Source: Sphagnum compactum (lineage: Eukaryota). Taken from it: 64,000 nucleotides of DNA. Below are positions 1 to 13,479 of this stretch, in pieces; the first letter of the stretch is position 1, and the number at the start of each line of letters is the position of its first letter. A program made the position numbers and the translations under genes. The stretch is from assembly GCA_965153455.1 (NCBI GenBank), contig OZ234493.1, forward strand, positions 33,222,213-33,286,212, written 5' to 3'. The notes below the pieces were generated by a model, which did no database searches, had not been told where the DNA came from, and worked only from the letters and a program-made list of their open reading frames with translations.

Positions 1-959
1 GGGTTTTTAAGAAATGTGCCAAACCCTAAAACCTTAAAAACGGACCCTCATTTAGTCTAAGCATACATATTGGGATTTTTAAAAAATATTTTTAGAAACA
101 ATTTAAATGAATTTTGGGATTTTTTTTTATCATGGTGCAAACACAAGTGTTGGCCAGTTATATAAGAAAAATCCCAATTATTTGTCGGGATTTATTGGAT
201 TTTTAAAAAAAAAACTTTTGAGTAACGAACTCTATACACAACCATTATATTGAATGCCTTTATATGTACTACCCTTATATCTAATTTGTCTCTGACTAAT
301 AGGATTTAAACAATATTGATATTCAACCCATTAGGGTTTTGAAAATGTCAAATATGCATTTTGCTCAGGATTTAAGGTTGAAAGAGAACCTATCACACTT
401 CCTTTCAGCATTTTGCACTTTTGCATTTATGTTGAGATTTTCTCTAAGATTATTATAAGTCGTTTTTCAAAACTTTGCTTGAGCTTTTTGTAGTGTCGAG
501 TGCTTCATATTCTTAGCTTCATACTTTGTTATGATTTTTTTCATAACAACAAGTCCTTCACTTTGTTTTTGCCTTAAATTTCACAACACCAAACACCAAG
601 TGCTCCATTTCCTCTTTTATTTTAATATTCATAAAAACTCGAGCTCCTTCGCAATGTCGAGGTATTACATTTTCTCCTTTATGACCTTGTGTTTGCAATT
701 TGAATCAAATATGTTTTTGGATTTTTTTTCCTTTTGCTTCTTTTTTTTTGGGTGTGTTTTGGTGTCTTTTTTTTCTTGTTGTATCTAGTTTTGTTGCTTG
801 GTGAATCAAAAAAGTTTAGCAAATTAGGAGAATTTACATTTAATTTTGTCATTTGATTAATTAAGAAAATTTGGTTATGGTATTGTGTTTTTTGAAAATT
901 TGGTGCTTTACAGTTGCAATGGTTATATGCCCTTGTCCACTTGTGACGACATTTGGCTT

Positions 960-2430
960 CAGAAGTTAGTTTTATGTCATTACTCTTGTGTTCAATTTCA
1001 TTCTCACTCTTTTCTCTTTTCGAAGAAATGTTGCATGCCATGATTAAAAAGATAATGGACCAACATGTTATATCGCATCTTACATCTACAACAATAATTT
1101 TTGTTAGTTTTGATCTTTGTATGTCTCATGATGATATGAATGTTTTTGATCTAGTTATCAATGAATGAAACATGGGTTGCCCATGCATTTTATTGTGAGG
1201 ATGTTTGAAGTGAACAAAATGACTTGCAGTCCTTGACTATACAATTCCAATCTTTATTGGAAAAGTTTGGTTTGTTACATTAGGTAATCACATTTGCAAA
1301 CGATGAATGCACTAATATAACAACTATTGCAACACCTTTGCATTCCATCATTGATTGTAAAGCTTTGAAAATTTTCAAGGTTTATGAATACACAAGACTT
1401 TTGCACATGATGCCTAAGGCCTCTCGATATGCTACAAATGACAACAAAGTTCCTACCGAGTTGAAAAAATCGAAAATCCATTTAGCTTTACAACAAAAAA
1501 TTAATTAAGGCCCAAATGTGGGTTCATGTTGAGGCAATAACATCTTGTTTGAATATTGTTGTTGTATCAATGTGTGATGAATTAGCCTAGGGGCTTGATC
1601 GGTTGTTGTAAAATGTTTTGATAATAACTATTGCATTTACTATGAACATGAAAGTTGAACTAATAACTTTCTTGTGTGATTTAAATGTCTAACCCATTTG
1701 AGGCTAAGGTCTCCATTTTGCACATAAATATGTGTTTGGAAAATATAAAAATGATCAGACCTTTTTTTTGAGTTTTTAAGGTTTTTTTATGCACATCAAG
1801 TTCATAACATAATGGCTATTGTGTTGGATTTGTGTTTCAAATATTTGCATGTTATGGAAAACTTGGTGGGAAATGCAATTTGGTTAGCATCTAAATATGA
1901 TGTTAGGGTTGTCATTCCTCTCCTAATGGTGTGCTTTGATTTGTTAACCTTATTGCAACTACATCTATAACAATGACAATTGATGTTGTGGGTTCAAATC
2001 TTGAAGAAAATATGTTTAATCTGGGGGCCTTGATTAAAGAATATTTTCATGCACTAGTTATTGGAGAATTATTTATATTCAAGGGGCTCGTTATTCCCTC
2101 ATTTGCATGTGCATATCCATTAACATGGCGACACATTGATGAAGGTCAATTTCTTAATGTGTTTCCTTGCAAAAACATATTCTTAAAATTCCATATGCAC
2201 GACTAGAAATTGAACATATGTTTAGTTTCATTGGGGTGTTATATAGTGTTAAAACATTGTTGTTTACAAGTGGAAAACATGGATTAAATTATTACTATGA
2301 TGAAGAATTGACTTAATGATCCATGCTTCAATTGCAATCCAAATTTAAATTTGGAGCAATGCTTAAAAGCAGAAGAGTCTTTGCCAAAGGAAAACTATGG
2401 CTTAATTGAAAAAATAACATTTTTGAACAA
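960..2430 (+). mobile_element. Degenerate hAT-family transposase remnant (many stops and frameshifts)
   Basis: Broken frames read SFDLCMS, LLEKFGLLH*VITFANDECTN, HNIMAIVLDLCFKYL and EIEHMFSFIGVL...HCCLQVENMD*IITMMKN*LNDPCFNC. These match hAT motifs (SFDLWMS, VKDEGxN, LDPRFK, ERxFS..L..RRCRL..WP.DP dimerisation region). Termini not identified. Confidence 0.8.
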
Positions 2431-3539
2431 TTGTAGGTTGATAATGATTAATTTTGTGGGGTTATGGTTGGGGCAAGGAACTTGTGCTATAATTGGACAA
2501 AGATATTCATGGAATTGTGGTTCAATTCCTTCACAAGTTTTGTTTTGTTTTTTTTGAGGTTTTGTTTCATATTGTTTTTGTTTTAAGAAGTTAGATAATA
2601 TTGTATTTTTTTTCTAAGCAACTGGAATTGGAAATGTGATATGCATAACCTTTGGGCATATCCTTTATATTTTGAAATTTGAAAAATGGCATATTTATAA
2701 CCAACAAAGGATTTTTTTTTAATGGATGTGTAACTAGTGTGTATACACGTTGTAAAGGGGGTGTGAAAGGGAATCACGAAACAAAACATGCTTCTATAAG
2801 CATATTTAGGCTTTTATGTGGAGGAATGCACCATGTTCCAAAAAAATCGGTGATGGGCCAATCAAATGGCTCCTTTTGGAAAAAAAAAATTATGGGCACA
2901 CCCCTTCACTAATTAATAGAAACATGAATAATAAGTACACCCATAGTTGATGGCCCCTACCATTAGCCGAGGCCAAAAATGACAAAAAAACACAAGTAGG
3001 CCAAAAAAAAAATTCGTGCAACCAATGAGGTGAAAGGCCCAATTTTATTTTTTCTTTCAGGAGGAGAGGGTGAGGGGTGTTCAATTTTTGTTGTTCCCAT
3101 GAAGTTTCAAAATGGGTTCCCAACATGTTCCCCAAGTTCCCAATGGGTTCCCCAACATTTTCCCAATAGCTCTCACTTCATCCCATATGTTTTGCCCTAA
3201 GTTCTATGTAACATATATAAGGAACTCAAAGGAGGAGGAGATTACAACATAGGTATCTATTTTGGGAGTGTCCAATTCTTTGATTATTATTATTTTTTTG
3301 GTCATGGGCCAATCAAAGATGTTCATCACAAAAGGAAAATAATAATAAATTGAACTTGAATCGACCCCACAACTAAGTAGCATGAGTCACAATGACTCCA
3401 TGATATGGGGGGTTTGTTTATTTAAGAATTGTTTTTTAAAAAACTCATGGGTCAATAGAGATTTTGGTCACTATTATAAGTGTAGGGGATCGTCACCCAC
3501 TTGAAGATTATGTCATATAATGTGGGTCAAGAAAATGAA

Positions 3540-3780
3540 ATCTTCCACCCAAGACGACCTTAATGGTGATTAAATTTTTTAAGCACCAAATCTAACTCCA
3601 TATGGTGATTTTGTTTTCAATCCAAAATCTTCTTTCAAATGGTGATTTGTTTTTTTGTGATAATCACCCCAAAATCTAGTTCACATGGTGATTTTGTTTT
3701 TTCAAAGAGCCAAATGTCCCCCAAATGGTGATTAGTTTTCTTGTGATAATTACCAAATCTACTTCAAATAGTGAATATCC
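3540..3780. repeat. Degenerate tandem repeat with core (CC)AAATGGTGATT
   Basis: ATGGTGATT recurs about 5 times at irregular 35-45 bp spacing. Confidence 0.5.
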
Positions 3781-4767
3781 CCCCACCTCTCAAAGATCTT
3801 TTGGGTGAGGGGAGGGGGGGGGGGGGGGGGGGGGGGAGGAGAAGTGGCCACAACAAAAGCATTTTCCCAGGAAAGAGGTGCTCAAAAAAGCAAAGGAAAA
3901 AACCTTCCCTTGCTTTACACATGGTGGAAATTGGATGTCATGTTTTTCCCTCATTTTAGGTATCGTGGCATATTAAGTCAAGAGCAAGGGTTTTGTTTTC
4001 TTTCCTTTCTTTCTTTCTTTTTTAATTTTTTTTAATAATAAATTATATATATATGTGTGTGTGTGTGTGTAATTTTTTAATTTTTTAAATTTTTTAATTG
4101 TCCTCACACCTTGCTATGTATTGGTGACATACTCTTACCTATGGTCTAATAAGTATGGCAAGTTCAACTTCATTTTTTTCTTCTTTTTTTTCCCTTGTGA
4201 CTTTTAGGGGCCATAAGTCACACCCATTATTTTTTTTGGTGTCACCAAGTGGTCTAAAATTCGTCACCAAAAAAAAAAAAAAAAAACCCAAAAACCCAAA
4301 AACCCGCTGAGTCACGAGGGAAGATAGTTTCCTTGGAAAATATATCCAAGTGAATTTTTTTTTCTTTTCACTATCTTTCATCTTTTAAATGTGAACGGTT
4401 GGGATTGACTTAAAACGATGGTAGAGATACGGCGATGAAGTCATAATTCCTCCTCCTCCTCTCTTGAGCAAAAGATTTTTTGGGCATCTTTTGTGTAATG
4501 CCCTCCTTACCAATGGGAGCAGGCAATTACGCCCTGTAATGTCCCCGCAAAAAACCAAAAAAACCATTTTCTCTGGGGTGCTTAGGTACAGCGTAAGGAA
4601 CCTCTTTGAGGCTCTTCCTGGATTTGAGGGCTCAGCTAAGGCCGATAGATAGCCCTGGGGCTAGGCTCCAAAATCCTCGAGGAACTCCCCCCCCCCCCCC
4701 CCCCCCCAAAAGGGATTCCTTCCCCAAGGAAAAGAACTTTTTTTAATTTCAGGAATCCCGCAAAAGC

Positions 4768-4998
4768 ATAAGGTACCCTTCCTTTGAAAAATGGTACCTT
4801 ACACTTTTTTATAAGGTACCTTTCATTGAAAAATGGGAGTACCTTACACTCTTTTATAAGGTACCTTTCATGGAAAAATTGGAGTACCTTACACTTTTTA
4901 TAAGGTACCTTTCATTGAAAAATGGAGTACCTTACACTTTTTTATAAGGTACCTTTCATTGAAAAATGGGAGTACCTTACACTTTTTTATAAGGTACC
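4768..4998. repeat. Minisatellite, ~44-45 bp unit x5 (ATAAGGTACCTTTCATTGAAAAATGGGAGTACCTTACACTTTTTT)
   Basis: ATAAGGTACC at 4768, 4811, 4856, 4900, 4944, 4989; units nearly identical. Confidence 0.95.
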
Positions 4999-5153
4999 GT
5001 ACGCGCCACATTCCATAAAATAATAGTTTTCGTAATTTGCAAAATGGGCATGTGGATTTTGTGTAATGGGCATGTGGTTTTTGAACAATTCTTCTTAGGT
5101 CCGGCCAACCTATTGAAAGTGCGCCTTGTAGAAATAGAAAGATACAAAAAAGA

Positions 5154-5338
5154 CCTAGAAATACCCTAAGATACCCTCAAAAAAACCCTAGAAATACCCT
5201 AAGATACCCTCACAAAAACCCTAGAAATACCCTAAGATACCCTCAAAAAACCTCTAGAAATACCCTAAGATACCCTCAAAAAAACCCTAGAAATACCCTA
5301 ACATACCCTAAGATACCCAAAAAACAAAACCCTAGAAA
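5154..5338. repeat. Minisatellite, ~32-33 bp unit x5-6 (CCTAGAAATACCCTAAGATACCCTCAAAAAAA)
   Basis: Direct tandem copies visible 5154-5338. Confidence 0.95.
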
Positions 5339-7801
5339 TTGTTTGGGCATGATGATCAAAGCCCATGTGATAAGAAAAAAGTTGAGCCTGTGCATTTTGG
5401 TCAGCAAATAGACTGCATCCACATGATAGGGTGATGCTAACTGAGGTCAATGATTTTGTCCATTGTAGTAAGTATTTCAAGTAGTCCAAGGAATGGATAA
5501 AATTTTGGGTGTTGCCAAATCTTCTTATCCCAAATTCTTCACATGAGTGTGGAAAATAAACATCCTCATTGGAACACACCTAACACATTAATTTATTTAT
5601 TTTTGTTGAAATTCACCTAACCTTCACTATGGTCGGCATTTCCAATGGGTATAAAGCACATTTCGAAAATTATACTAAGAAACAATCAAAACATGTTTCA
5701 AACTTATGTTCTTGATCAAAAAATTCAATGAAATTTAACACTCTACCATTTTTTTGAAAAAAATTAAATGCAATTATTAGAAACATCAAAAAATGCAATT
5801 TTTAAAAAAAAGTCTTGTTACATTTTCAAATTGTATACAACCTAATTAATGTAATTACCAAAAAATTATAACGAAATTTTTTGTTCAAATGTTTCAAATT
5901 TTTGAAAAAAAAACAAGCTTCAAAGCCAAAAAATGTGCCAAGATATTTCGATGCCATCCAAAGTGCATGGAACTAAAGAATGTACCCTTTGGTCTGTTTT
6001 TTTGGTATTGTAATTTTAGAAAATGATCACCAATATCGTGGGATGAACTTGGGGGCATGTCATTTCTACTCTTCTACTTCATGTATTCATTATGGTGCTC
6101 ATCCTATTCACACCTTTCTATTATGCATTGGTTTTCATTGTGATGTTCAATATTGGGTGCAAAAAAGGTAAAATAGACCAAAAACTAATGGATGTCCAGT
6201 TATATAATGTATCATGCATATGAAAAGATTAGGTAACATCAAAATGGGTGAAAATGTGATAGAAAACCCTCTTTCCTTTTGTTACATTTACATGAATCTA
6301 CTTTCGATAAAACTAGGAACAAATATGTTTTGAAGGTAAATTAAAAAAATCCCCATTTACTAGATGGTAAATTTGTGATTGGGGAGCTTTTGACACGAAA
6401 TATATGATGATATGTACTTGTATTAAATTAGGATATAAATACTTATATATGAATCTTGATCTCCCCATCAAAAATATATTTTATTTCTTATTGTTTAGAA
6501 AATAAAAACATACTTAACATATATTTTATCAAAATTCACACTACAAAATACAAACTTCACAATCTAGTTGTATTAAAAAAAATTCCTACTAAAAACTTAC
6601 TTTTATAATGTGAAATTTGAAAACTAATTCACAACAATGAATAACTTTTAAAAACATAATTCAAGTAAAAAAATCAAATTAATGATGGGTTTCATTATTT
6701 TTGGTCTACTTTTCAAGTAGATTAGCAAAGTAATACAAATGTTCATTTTATTTTGCTTTCACCTTGTTAGGTTATTCTTACTTCCTATTATGTTTGATTA
6801 CTTCCTTGGTCTTCATTATGGTGTCCATAATGTTTTTTTCACCTTTTTACTTTGTTGTTTTAAATAATCATCTTGGTGTTCATTGTGTCCTTTTTGCCCT
6901 TCCTACTTTATTGCCATGGTCTTCATTATGGTGCTCATCATGTTCTTTTTGCCTTTCTATTTTGATGCCTCAAGTTGACAACAAGTTGGCAAACGATTAG
7001 ACATCACATATCAAATTTGTTGCTAGTTAAATGTCTTGTAAAAAATTAAGGTTGTAGAAGTTAACTATTTACTTTGAATCTTTTTATGGTGGGCAAATAT
7101 TTGTGGCAACGTGGTTGGTAAACAATACTAGAAACATCTTTAGATGTTGAAGGGCATGTGATATACGTGAAAATAGAGTAGTCATGTGTAGTCCAAAGTC
7201 TTGTGCTTATTCTATTGTTTCTAATGTCACATATGAGTCATGTCCAACACACAAATCGATTTAAAGGTGACAAATTGGTTTGAAAATGTCATCAATGTTT
7301 TCTTTTGCAGTGCTATGAAAGTTCCTTGCTCAGCACGATCTAATGTAGTCCTTGCACATGTGCATTCAACTTTGAAAATGTAGATCTATTGTTCTAATAT
7401 TGTTAGTGTCAAAATGGACATGATACATTTGGATTAACACGATAGGTCATGTATAACCTTGATTTCACCTCCATGACCACACAACAAGGTAATCAATTGC
7501 AACATCATCTTGTGATGCATAACATCAACACTTGAATTTAAACTATGTCTTTATTGAATCCTCTTGTAAATCCAAACTTTGAAATGCATTTTCTTCTTCA
7601 TATTTTTTTCAAATAAATCAAGTCAACATTCTTATGTGAATTTACTTTCAAAAAACTATGCATCGAGTTGCAAATCATTTACAAAAACTCAGGGTCACTT
7701 TGTGAAGAATTGAAATTCAATTGTGTTCCGCAAAATAAACTCATTGTTAATCCTTTGCATCATATTCAATTGAACTAAGAGAAGAGTTGATTTTGTACAA
7801 A

Positions 7802-8476
7802 CTAGTGGGTACCCGTGACCTTCGGACACTGTGAGAGGTTGGTATAAAATTAAGGTAACCCACCATGGTTAGTTAGAGATGGGACAGTAACTGAAGAGTT
7901 GGAAATGGGAGGCAAACCAAGTTGTTGGGTTAAATGTTAAGTGCAGTTAATGTTTATACTAGAGCCTATTTCCAGAGCACACAACACCACGGTATTCATT
8001 CCCCACCGTTGATTCAAATCCCTATGGTGCTTTGTGCTTTGCTCCCCACCATCGATTTCACAATCACTACAGTTGTTTCACACTGTTGATTCATAATCAC
8101 ACTACTACTGTCCCCTATTATTTGAACGGCCAAAAAGTAAAAGTGAAATTTGAAAAGTGGATTGATTTTTACCCACTATGGTAAAAGTTAGATTACAAAC
8201 ATGTGGGTACTTAGAGTACAGTTACTACTATCCCCTATTATTTGAACGGCCAAAAAGTAAAAATGAAATTTGAAAAGTGGATTGATTTTTACCCATTGTG
8301 GTAAAAGTTAGATTACAAACACGTGGGTACTTAAAGTACGATTACGATCGATGGCTGGCGTGTGTCTCTCCGCCACCACGACCCGGTTCTGCCATAGAAA
8401 ATGCAGAGGCCGGTTCTGCAGCAGAATTGTCGTGTCAGACAGACGCACGCACAGACTTACTGAATTAATATATAGA
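7802..8476 (-). mobile_element. Non-autonomous Helitron (~675 bp)
   Basis: Minus strand starts A|TCTATATATTAATTC at 8476 and ends with an imperfect hairpin (GTGTCC-GAA-GGTCAC) followed by ...CCCACTAG|T at 7802: canonical 5'-TC, 3'-CTAG, A/T insertion site, no TSD. Contains an internal ~120-bp tandem duplication (8103-8340). Confidence 0.8.
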
Positions 8477-9052
8477 TTTAAAAGTTAACTTTTTACATTA
8501 CTAAAGAAAGTTCTTAAAAATTTATGTAACAAAAAAAGTTCAAATATTAATTCTTAAAAGAAAACTATGTGTCGAACCTTTGAAAGTTGAACCCTAAGGG
8601 TTTAAAGGTCAAGGTGTACTTGGAAGGGGTCAGGGTTTAGGGTGCAAGTTTGAACCTAAAGCTGAACTTGAATGCCCACCAATGTAATCAATTGAGGGTT
8701 TTCAGATCTTCTGCAGCTAATGTCATCAAGAAAATGAGAAAATAAACTGAGAATTATAAGTTGAGACTTTACAAATTATCACAAGAATTACTGAGATTTC
8801 TGCAAAGTTTCCAAATTTTTAAGTCCATCTGAATCAAACTCAGAGATGAAGAGCCCTATAACAAGTTCATCAACATTCTAGATCTGACAACATAACTGCA
8901 GCAAATCAGCAAGCATGCAAAAAAAGCATAAGAGAGCCAAACTTGAAGAAAAGAGAAAAAACCCAAATTGCAAAACAAAACCAGAACTGACAAACCATCT
9001 GCCAGATTCTGGTTGTCACACAATGATAAATCTGGGCGGATGTTTGCTTTTG

Positions 9053-11339
9053 TCATTGTGTTACATTCTTACTGTGACCTTCTTCAACTTTTGATGCAGT
9101 GGTATTTGACCTGGGAAAGCCAAAACTGAAGAGTGGAGAGGCCTTTGCGAAGTCATGGGCATGTTGTGAGGTGGCAGAAATGCTAGTATCTCGCCACCAA
9201 AACCCGTCAACAGCAGTGGAAGCATTAACCTTCTCAGGATCTAAGATGATGCGACAATTCATGTGGTCAGAGCCAACATCTATAGGGCCTTTGGAATCTC
9301 CACCGCTGTACAGATTGAGTCGTGCAATACCTGTGTCAAGGTTAACACCGCCCCAAGATGGTTCCATTGTGTAATGTATTGTTCCAGCATACACTTTGCG
9401 GGGATTGGCAGCCCATTTGCGGGCACCTTCTGGGCCAACACAGATAGAGGATCTTGACTTATCAGAGCAGGTTGGGTGCTCGAGATGCAAAAACATGCGA
9501 TCTACAGCCCAATCTTCATCAATGGCCCCAAACATTGAGTTTTTTGGGGGTGAGCAATAAATACTACTCCAAACTTGACTACCAAAAGTGATGTATGGGC
9601 TCTCCTTGTTGCTCTCCAAAATACCCAAAAGTGTTTGAGGGGGCATGATTTCGAGGTACTCATCAAAACCCCAAAAGAAGGCCCAATCAGCGAAGAACCG
9701 TGATCGTTGTAAGCAATCATTGAGTGCCAAGTGATTGTTAGGGTATTGTTCTTGGCCAACTACAAAGCTCTCATCAAGGCTCATATCTATTAATGTCAAC
9801 AAACCATCATCAAGAAGAGGCTGCAAAATGCTCATTGTTGCTGAGTCCAATTCTATCCCATGGTATATGAAATAGTGCAGCTTCCCTTCCCTGAAAACAT
9901 AATGGTTGAACATGAGCCATTGCTTCAAGTACCGCGCATTCAGTGGTTCCAAAATTGGGGGTGGGCAAAAGGCATATGAGTGCTTTAGCGGGCCTTCAAA
10001 CTGAATATGGTTGATGGCTTCTGGAGGCTCATCAAAAACTGGAACAAATTCCCCGCTGCCAAGCTTAAGGTAGAGATGGCCACCCAAACCATTTGAGCCC
10101 GCTGGATCTTCGAAAGAACATTTTATCACTGCAACATCATAAGGCAGTCCTCCTTTGGTTGGATCACTCATAAATGTGTAGCTTTTTTTCCCATGTTGGA
10201 CAGGCACTTGATTATCAACTGCTGGTGGTGGTGGAAACGGTGGTGGTGTGTGGTTGGAGCTCAATGCTGGATCCCACTGCATCCAGATGCATGTACCAGA
10301 GGTGGCATCCTGCACCAGCATCTTTTCACCAAAGGAATTAGCCACCAGAGTGACCAATGTGAACTCTTCATGTGACATTCGGTAAGAACTGAAGAGGATT
10401 AGTGGTGGAAGTGATGACCGAAATGGGCGGAACTTCTGATCACCCTGCAAAATTGGTCCTGCTGCTGCTGCTGCAGGAGGCACATGCTGCTGTCCTGTTT
10501 TACTTTCATCAAGCATCTTCAACCTCACAGCACATGCTTCGTCTGCTGCTTCATCCAGTCAACAAATCCCACCCAATCCGACCCTGTCTGTAAAACTTCA
10601 ATGAAAGGTGAAGGAAGTGTAGCAGCAGCAGACAGACTCCAACAGCAAAAAAAAATTCTTTCAAAGAGAAAAAGATGTCGAAGAATGTTTGTTGCAACCC
10701 AATTGAAAAGTTTTAGAGATAGAGTTTTTTTTTAAAAAATTGGTTTTGGTTTTTGGTACCTTGATTTTGGGTTTGATTTGCACAATGGGTTTGCGTTGCC
10801 CTCAACATGGCCACTTCTTTCTGAAGCTCCTCCACGTTGTGAAGCTCCTGGATGACTTCAGTGAGAATCTCACCAGTGGGACCATCCAGTGCAGCATTGA
10901 CATCCCACTGAGGCAAAGCACCGCGCGGGTGATCCACAGAGAGCTGATCTGCATCAGCTTTGGTGGCATTCACAATGATCACCAGTCCTTTATCCATGGC
11001 TTCCTTCACAAGCTCTTTCAGAGACCGCAGAGAATTGTCAGCTGGAAGAAGATGGGGCAACGAAGAAGAGCTTCTTCTGCTTCTGATCATGGTGAATTCT
11101 GCCAGTCCTTCTTCTTCTTCTTCTTCTTGGACTTGCAATCTCCTCACATGTTGCCGAAAACCTCCGAGATCACCAGTGCTGTTGAATATCACCAGCATCA
11201 GGACCAAGAGTCCTAGCAAGCAAATCAATGCTGGGGTCTTTGTGATCAACCTGGAAATCCCTGCTATGCTTCCTATAGGCGCCTGCTTCCCATTCATCTT
11301 TCCAAATGAACTTCTTGCACTGATTTTGTTCATGGTCAT
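9053..11339 (-). CDS. Glycosyltransferase family 92 (GALS/DUF23-like) type II membrane protein; 2 exons, 11339-10760 and ~10545/10583-9053; junction ambiguous, possibly frameshifted
   Basis: N-terminal TM segment ALICLLGLLVLMLVIF, a coiled/stem region, then GT92-like motifs YDVAVIKCSF, YAFC..P, LKQWLMFNHYVF, LALNDCLQRSRFFADWAFFWGFDEYL, GARKWAANPRKVYAGTIH. Donor AAG|GTACC at 10760/10759. Confidence 0.8.
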
Positions 11340-12029
11340 GATGATGGGTGGTTCTTCTTCTTCTTCCAACAGACAATTGCAGATGTTTTTCCTCAGCTCT
11401 GATCTTTCTCTACTGCAACATTGTTGTTGTTCTTCTTTAACTACTTCTTCTCTTGCTCCAAAACCAAAACTCTGAGACAACAATGCTGCTGATGCTGCAT
11501 GTGGGTGTGCCAAACAGAAAGCTTTTTCTCTGGAATTTCGGCGGCTGCAAAAAGGCTTCTTCACTGATGCCTATCTTCTTCTACAACAGGCAGTAGAGCT
11601 TCTAGCCAAGAAAGATAAAACCGTTGACTTCGTGACGACGACGACGACGATGCTCATCCCTGGCAGAATTGGAGAAGGAAACGAGCGGCTGCTTCTTCAA
11701 TCGATGCGATTGTTCTTTCTCAGAAGAGTTGTTGAAGAAGCAGCTTACACTATACACATTGTATCAAAGAAAAAACCTTGAGGCGCGCACACACACACAC
11801 ACACACAGACATACAAACAAACGGAACCCGGGGCTCGTTATGTCGAGTCTCAAGAAGCTCCCAACTTTCTTCTCACATAACAAGCTCTTCATCAGGAAAC
11901 CAAAACCCCACCAAAGATAAAAACAGCACACAGTCAGTCAGTCAGTCAGTCAGTCAGTCACAAACAAGCAGCAGCAGCAACAGCAGCACCTAGTCTATAT
12001 GGGTTTCTGCACCACCTCCTCCTCCCAGG

Positions 12030-12060
<31 letters not shown>

Positions 12061-13377
12061 CCCCTGTTTCCCTCTCTTTCCAACTGTGTCTTGTATAAAC
12101 AAACTCTCAAAGCGTCCTCCTCTCAACAATAATGCCACCCAAAGCAACCACCTTTCTTGCACACAAATACATGTGCATGTGCATCTCTCTCTCTCTCTTT
12201 GTTGGTTTCTTTTCTTTCTTTCTTTCTTGCTTGCTTCTGCGTGTGTCTGTGTTTGTCTGCTGTTGTCACTAGAGAAGGAATGTGTTTTTCTGTGAGTTGT
12301 GTGTGCGTGTGTGTACCTCGTGGAGCTGGAGTTTGGCTTGCATGTGTGAGAGACAGTTCGAGACGCGCAGTGCGAAAGGAGAAAGCCGCAGCAGCAGCAG
12401 AGCAAAGCGGGAGAGAGAAGGACACGCCAGAACACGCCAGAACACGCCAACATAGCCCAACACTCTGGCGTTTGATAGCGTAGAAGGGCGTGGGCCTGGC
12501 GATTGGGGCCTTTTTTTTTTGGCCTGTTTTGCCTTTTTTGGCATTCGGGCAATATTGTGGCGTAATCCAAGCGCAACCGCAGTCCTAGTTATTACTATAA
12601 TTATACCTATGTGTTAATCAGTGATTTTTTTGTGAGCAATTTTCGCCACAAATTTTGTGAATTAAAAAAAAAAGAAAGACAAAATTGGTGACACATTCCC
12701 TTGTTTTTTTTTTGTTATAAAACATTTCACCAAGAAAAGAAAATTTTAAAAGAATTAAAAAATGGCCAAAATTGTCACAATTTGCTACAATTTGCTTGCA
12801 ACATGAAAAAGGTGCTTATAATAATAATATTTTTTACTTTCATATTTTGTATATTGCCAAAAAACTTTGCCTAATTGTGCTTATGGATGATCACCACTTG
12901 GGCAATATCATAAAATTGGAAAATAAAATAAAATAATAAATCAATATAATGTGATTATGTTAATTACTTCCGAGGATTCATAAAGGTTTTTTTTTTGCTG
13001 GTGATGATGCATTTGTTTGATTGGCTCACACACAAAAAATAAAATTAAAAAAAATGTGATCAAACTTTGAGTAGTCCCAAAATCGATATATATACCATCA
13101 TAGTACTTTGGAAGCTTCAACACTAATTTAAATTATTTATATAGAAATGTTGAAAACTTTTAGTTTAATTTCAATTTTTTTTTTCAAAGGACAAATTCTT
13201 TTGTGAAGGAAAATAGGAAATCTATAGGACTCTTTTTATTTTTCAACATGGAATTCTTCAAATTTAATTAATTATTTGATAAACGTTCCTTGAAGTTGTC
13301 CTTGTCCTCTCATTTCTTGTAGTCTTTAATTTTCAATTTTATATAAATAAATGAAAAAAAAAAACACTTGGCAAGGG

Positions 13378-13413
<36 letters not shown>

Positions 13414-13479
13414 AAAAGGATTGAAGTCCAAACAAAAGACTATCTTATGTATTTTGCCAAGTGCACTTTACATGTCTCC

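Noticed and set aside
4768-4998. Palindromic repeat array as a CRISPR
   Set aside because: Units are contiguous and near-identical, with no unique spacers.
11669-12576. Cluster of overlapping ORFs upstream of the GT92 gene (similarly 28286-29290 and 48421-49306)
   Set aside because: Low-complexity translations of CA/CT/CAG microsatellite-rich UTR or promoter DNA, or antisense shadows of real exons.
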